A stretch of DNA of 27,654 bases from an uncultured Deferribacteres bacterium (GTDB taxonomy: Bacteria; Zhuqueibacterota; Zhuqueibacteria; Zhuqueibacterales; Geothermadaptataceae): the NCBI GenBank assembly GCA_964014485.1, contig CAXHAT010000097.1:1-27654 (forward strand). The letters are read 5' to 3'. Numbering within the stretch: the stretch's first letter is position 1; the number at the start of each line of letters is the position of its first letter. The position numbers were made by a program, and so were the translations under genes. The notes under the pieces are model-generated. The model saw only the letters and a list, made by a program, of their open reading frames with translations. It did no database searches and was not told where the DNA came from. This document shows positions 25,974-27,654 of this stretch, piece by piece.

Positions 25974-27341
25974 ATGAAAAATTTAAAGCTGGGGTTTATT
26001 CTTTCCGCGTTGGCGTTGGCTTGCAGCGAACCAAGCGAACAACGGCCGAATTTCATTATTGTTTTCACCGATGACCTCGGTTATGGTGACATTGGCACGT
26101 TCAGCGCGACCGATATTCGTACGCCGCACATCGACAAGATGGCCGCGGAAGGTCTGAAATTTACTTCATTTTACTCTGTGTCGCCGATTTGCAGCCCGTC
26201 GCGAGCCGGTCTGCTGACCGGACGCTATCCGGTGCGCATGGGCATTCACGAGGTTTTCTTTCCCGAGAGCTGGACGGGGATTGACGCTGGCGAGATTACG
26301 ATTGCGGAAGCGCTCAAAACCCAAGGCTATACCACCGGGCACGTCGGAAAATGGCACTTGGGGCATCATCGAGAGTTCCTGCCTTTGCAAAACGGTTTTG
26401 ACGAGTACTTCGGCATTCCTTACAGCAATGACATGGCTGGGGTCGTCTATCTTCGCGGCAACGAAGTCGTCGAAGAAAAAGTGGATCAACGTTACACGAC
26501 GCGGCGCTACACGGAAGAATCGCTCGATTTTATTGAGCGCCACAAAGATCAGTCTTTTTTTCTCTATCTCGCGCACAGCATGCCGCACGTTCCCCTCTAC
26601 GCTTCGCCAGAGTTTGAGGGCAAATCGGCGCGCGGACTTTATGGCGACGTGATTGAAGAAATTGACTGGAGCGTCGGGCAAATTATCTCCAAGCTCGACT
26701 CGCTGGGGCTCTCGGAAAACACGCTGGTTGTCTTTTCAAGCGACAACGGTCCCTGGCTGGTGATGGAAGATCACGGCGGCTCCTCCGGAAAATTGCGCGA
26801 GGGCAAACAATTTACGTTTGAAGGCGGCATGCGCGTACCGACCGTCGCTTATTGGCCGGGCCAAATTCCGTCCGGCGGCGTGTACGAAGGCCTGGCGACG
26901 ATGATGGATTGGTTTCCGACGATGCTCAATCTGGCGTCCGTTCCGCTGCCGCAAGATCGCCGGATTGACGGCGAAGATTTGACCGCCGTTTTAACGAGAA
27001 AGGGCAAACGCGAATCCGAAACTTTTGCCTATTATATGCTTGACGAACTCAGGGCTTATCGCTCCGGCAATTGGAAATTAAAGCTGCCTTATCCCGGCAA
27101 CCCGCACGCCCGATGGCGGCAAGGCGTTGCGGCGCACGACACTTTGCTTTTTGATCTGAGTAATGATCCCGGCGAGCGAAACAATTTGGCTGCGCGGCGC
27201 CCGGACAAAGTCGCGAGTATCGTCGCTGAAATGGAAGCCTTTGTTGAAGGACTCGGACCGCTTCCGCCGCGTAAAATCGTCCGTCAGGGCGAAGATAACA
27301 GCCATTACGATTATCTTGAGAAAAAACGCGCCGCTCAATGA
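25974..27341 (+). CDS. Formylglycine-dependent sulfatase (S1, arylsulfatase A-like), lipoprotein
   Basis: Lipobox ALAC; PN.I..F.DDLGYGD, CSPSRAGLLTGRY (Cys-type), GKWHLG, PH.P, SDNG, EGG.RVP. Confidence 0.95.
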   Translation: MKNLKLGFILSALALACSEPSEQRPNFIIVFTDDLGYGDIGTFSATDIRTPHIDKMAAEGLKFTSFYSVSPICSPSRAGLLTGRYPVRMGIHEVFFPESWTGIDAGEITIAEALKTQGYTTGHVGKWHLGHHREFLPLQNGFDEYFGIPYSNDMAGVVYLRGNEVVEEKVDQRYTTRRYTEESLDFIERHKDQSFFLYLAHSMPHVPLYASPEFEGKSARGLYGDVIEEIDWSVGQIISKLDSLGLSENTLVVFSSDNGPWLVMEDHGGSSGKLREGKQFTFEGGMRVPTVAYWPGQIPSGGVYEGLATMMDWFPTMLNLASVPLPQDRRIDGEDLTAVLTRKGKRESETFAYYMLDELRAYRSGNWKLKLPYPGNPHARWRQGVAAHDTLLFDLSNDPGERNNLAARRPDKVASIVAEMEAFVEGLGPLPPRKIVRQGEDNSHYDYLEKKRAAQ

Positions 27342-27342
27342 T

Positions 27343-27406
27343 CTCTGCGTTAAGTCACGAGGTTGAACGCCCGTTGGAGCCTGGTTCCGGCTCGTCCGGG
27401 TTGGGA
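27343..27406 (+). repeat. Bipartite direct repeat, copy 2
   Basis: Starts one base after the sulfatase stop; matches 22868-22930. Confidence 0.8.
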
Positions 27407-27546
27407 GAAGCAAAAGCGGCTCGACGGCCTCGCTTTTCAATTCCGTCGAACTGCCCGCGTCGACGTTTCAGTTTTCAATCAAATAACTGATGTTACGCAT
27501 GCGTCGTTTGGCGCGCGCGATCAAAAGTCCGCAGGCAACTTTTGAT

Positions 27547-27654
27547 TCTCATTAGCTGCGCGCTTCAGCGCGTAGGCATGAGTGCAAGCTCCCCTTTTTT
27601 TCCGCCGAGTTAACTCGGCGGCACAAAAAGAAGTGCGCCCGACCGGGTCCACGC
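27547..27654. repeat. REPIN/MITE-like element, copy 2 (truncated by window end)
   Basis: Left arm identical to 10596-10619; perfect 20-bp internal palindrome CCGCCGAGTTAACTCGGCGG at 27602-27621; ends GACCGGGTCCACGC as in copy 1. Confidence 0.9.

Noticed and set aside
27363..27545. 60-aa ORF after the sulfatase
   Set aside because: TTG start inside a repeat, no SD, no motifs.

Overview
Bacterial genomic DNA. The YPNPFN/FlgD-like C-terminal domains, the TonB receptor and the many lipoproteins suggest an FCB-group organism such as KSB1 or Calditrichota (inference). Left to right: (1) a minus-strand envelope-stress-like operon of ECF sigma, Zn-finger anti-sigma, MucB/RseB-like protein with a C-terminal membrane anchor, RND adaptor with an unusual repeated tail, an inserted DUF4258/YgiT toxin-antitoxin-like pair, and a PQQ-type beta-propeller cut by the window edge; (2) a divergent plus-strand unit of membrane M28 peptidase, di-heme peroxidase/beta-helix fusion, DinB-family protein and cyanophycinase; (3) a glycan-utilisation-like locus without SusD: TonB receptor plus a secreted beta-helix/2xCBM protein, two FG-GAP/ASPIC-UnbV proteins, a TPR lipoprotein, a GH2 beta-mannosidase and a sulfatase, with twin LacI-type operators in the divergent promoter region and a Phd/ParE pair inside it. 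Non-coding DNA is rich in small non-autonomous elements: several REP/REPIN-like doublets, a 172-bp MITE with 17-bp TIRs and a 7-bp TSD, palindromes lying in-frame inside ORFs, a bipartite direct repeat bracketing a three-gene block, and an ATGAC repeat that builds a chain of start/stop-overlapped mini-ORFs between sigma and anti-sigma. I saw no transposase, integrase, rRNA, tRNA or CRISPR array. Family assignments come from motif recognition by eye, not database searches.
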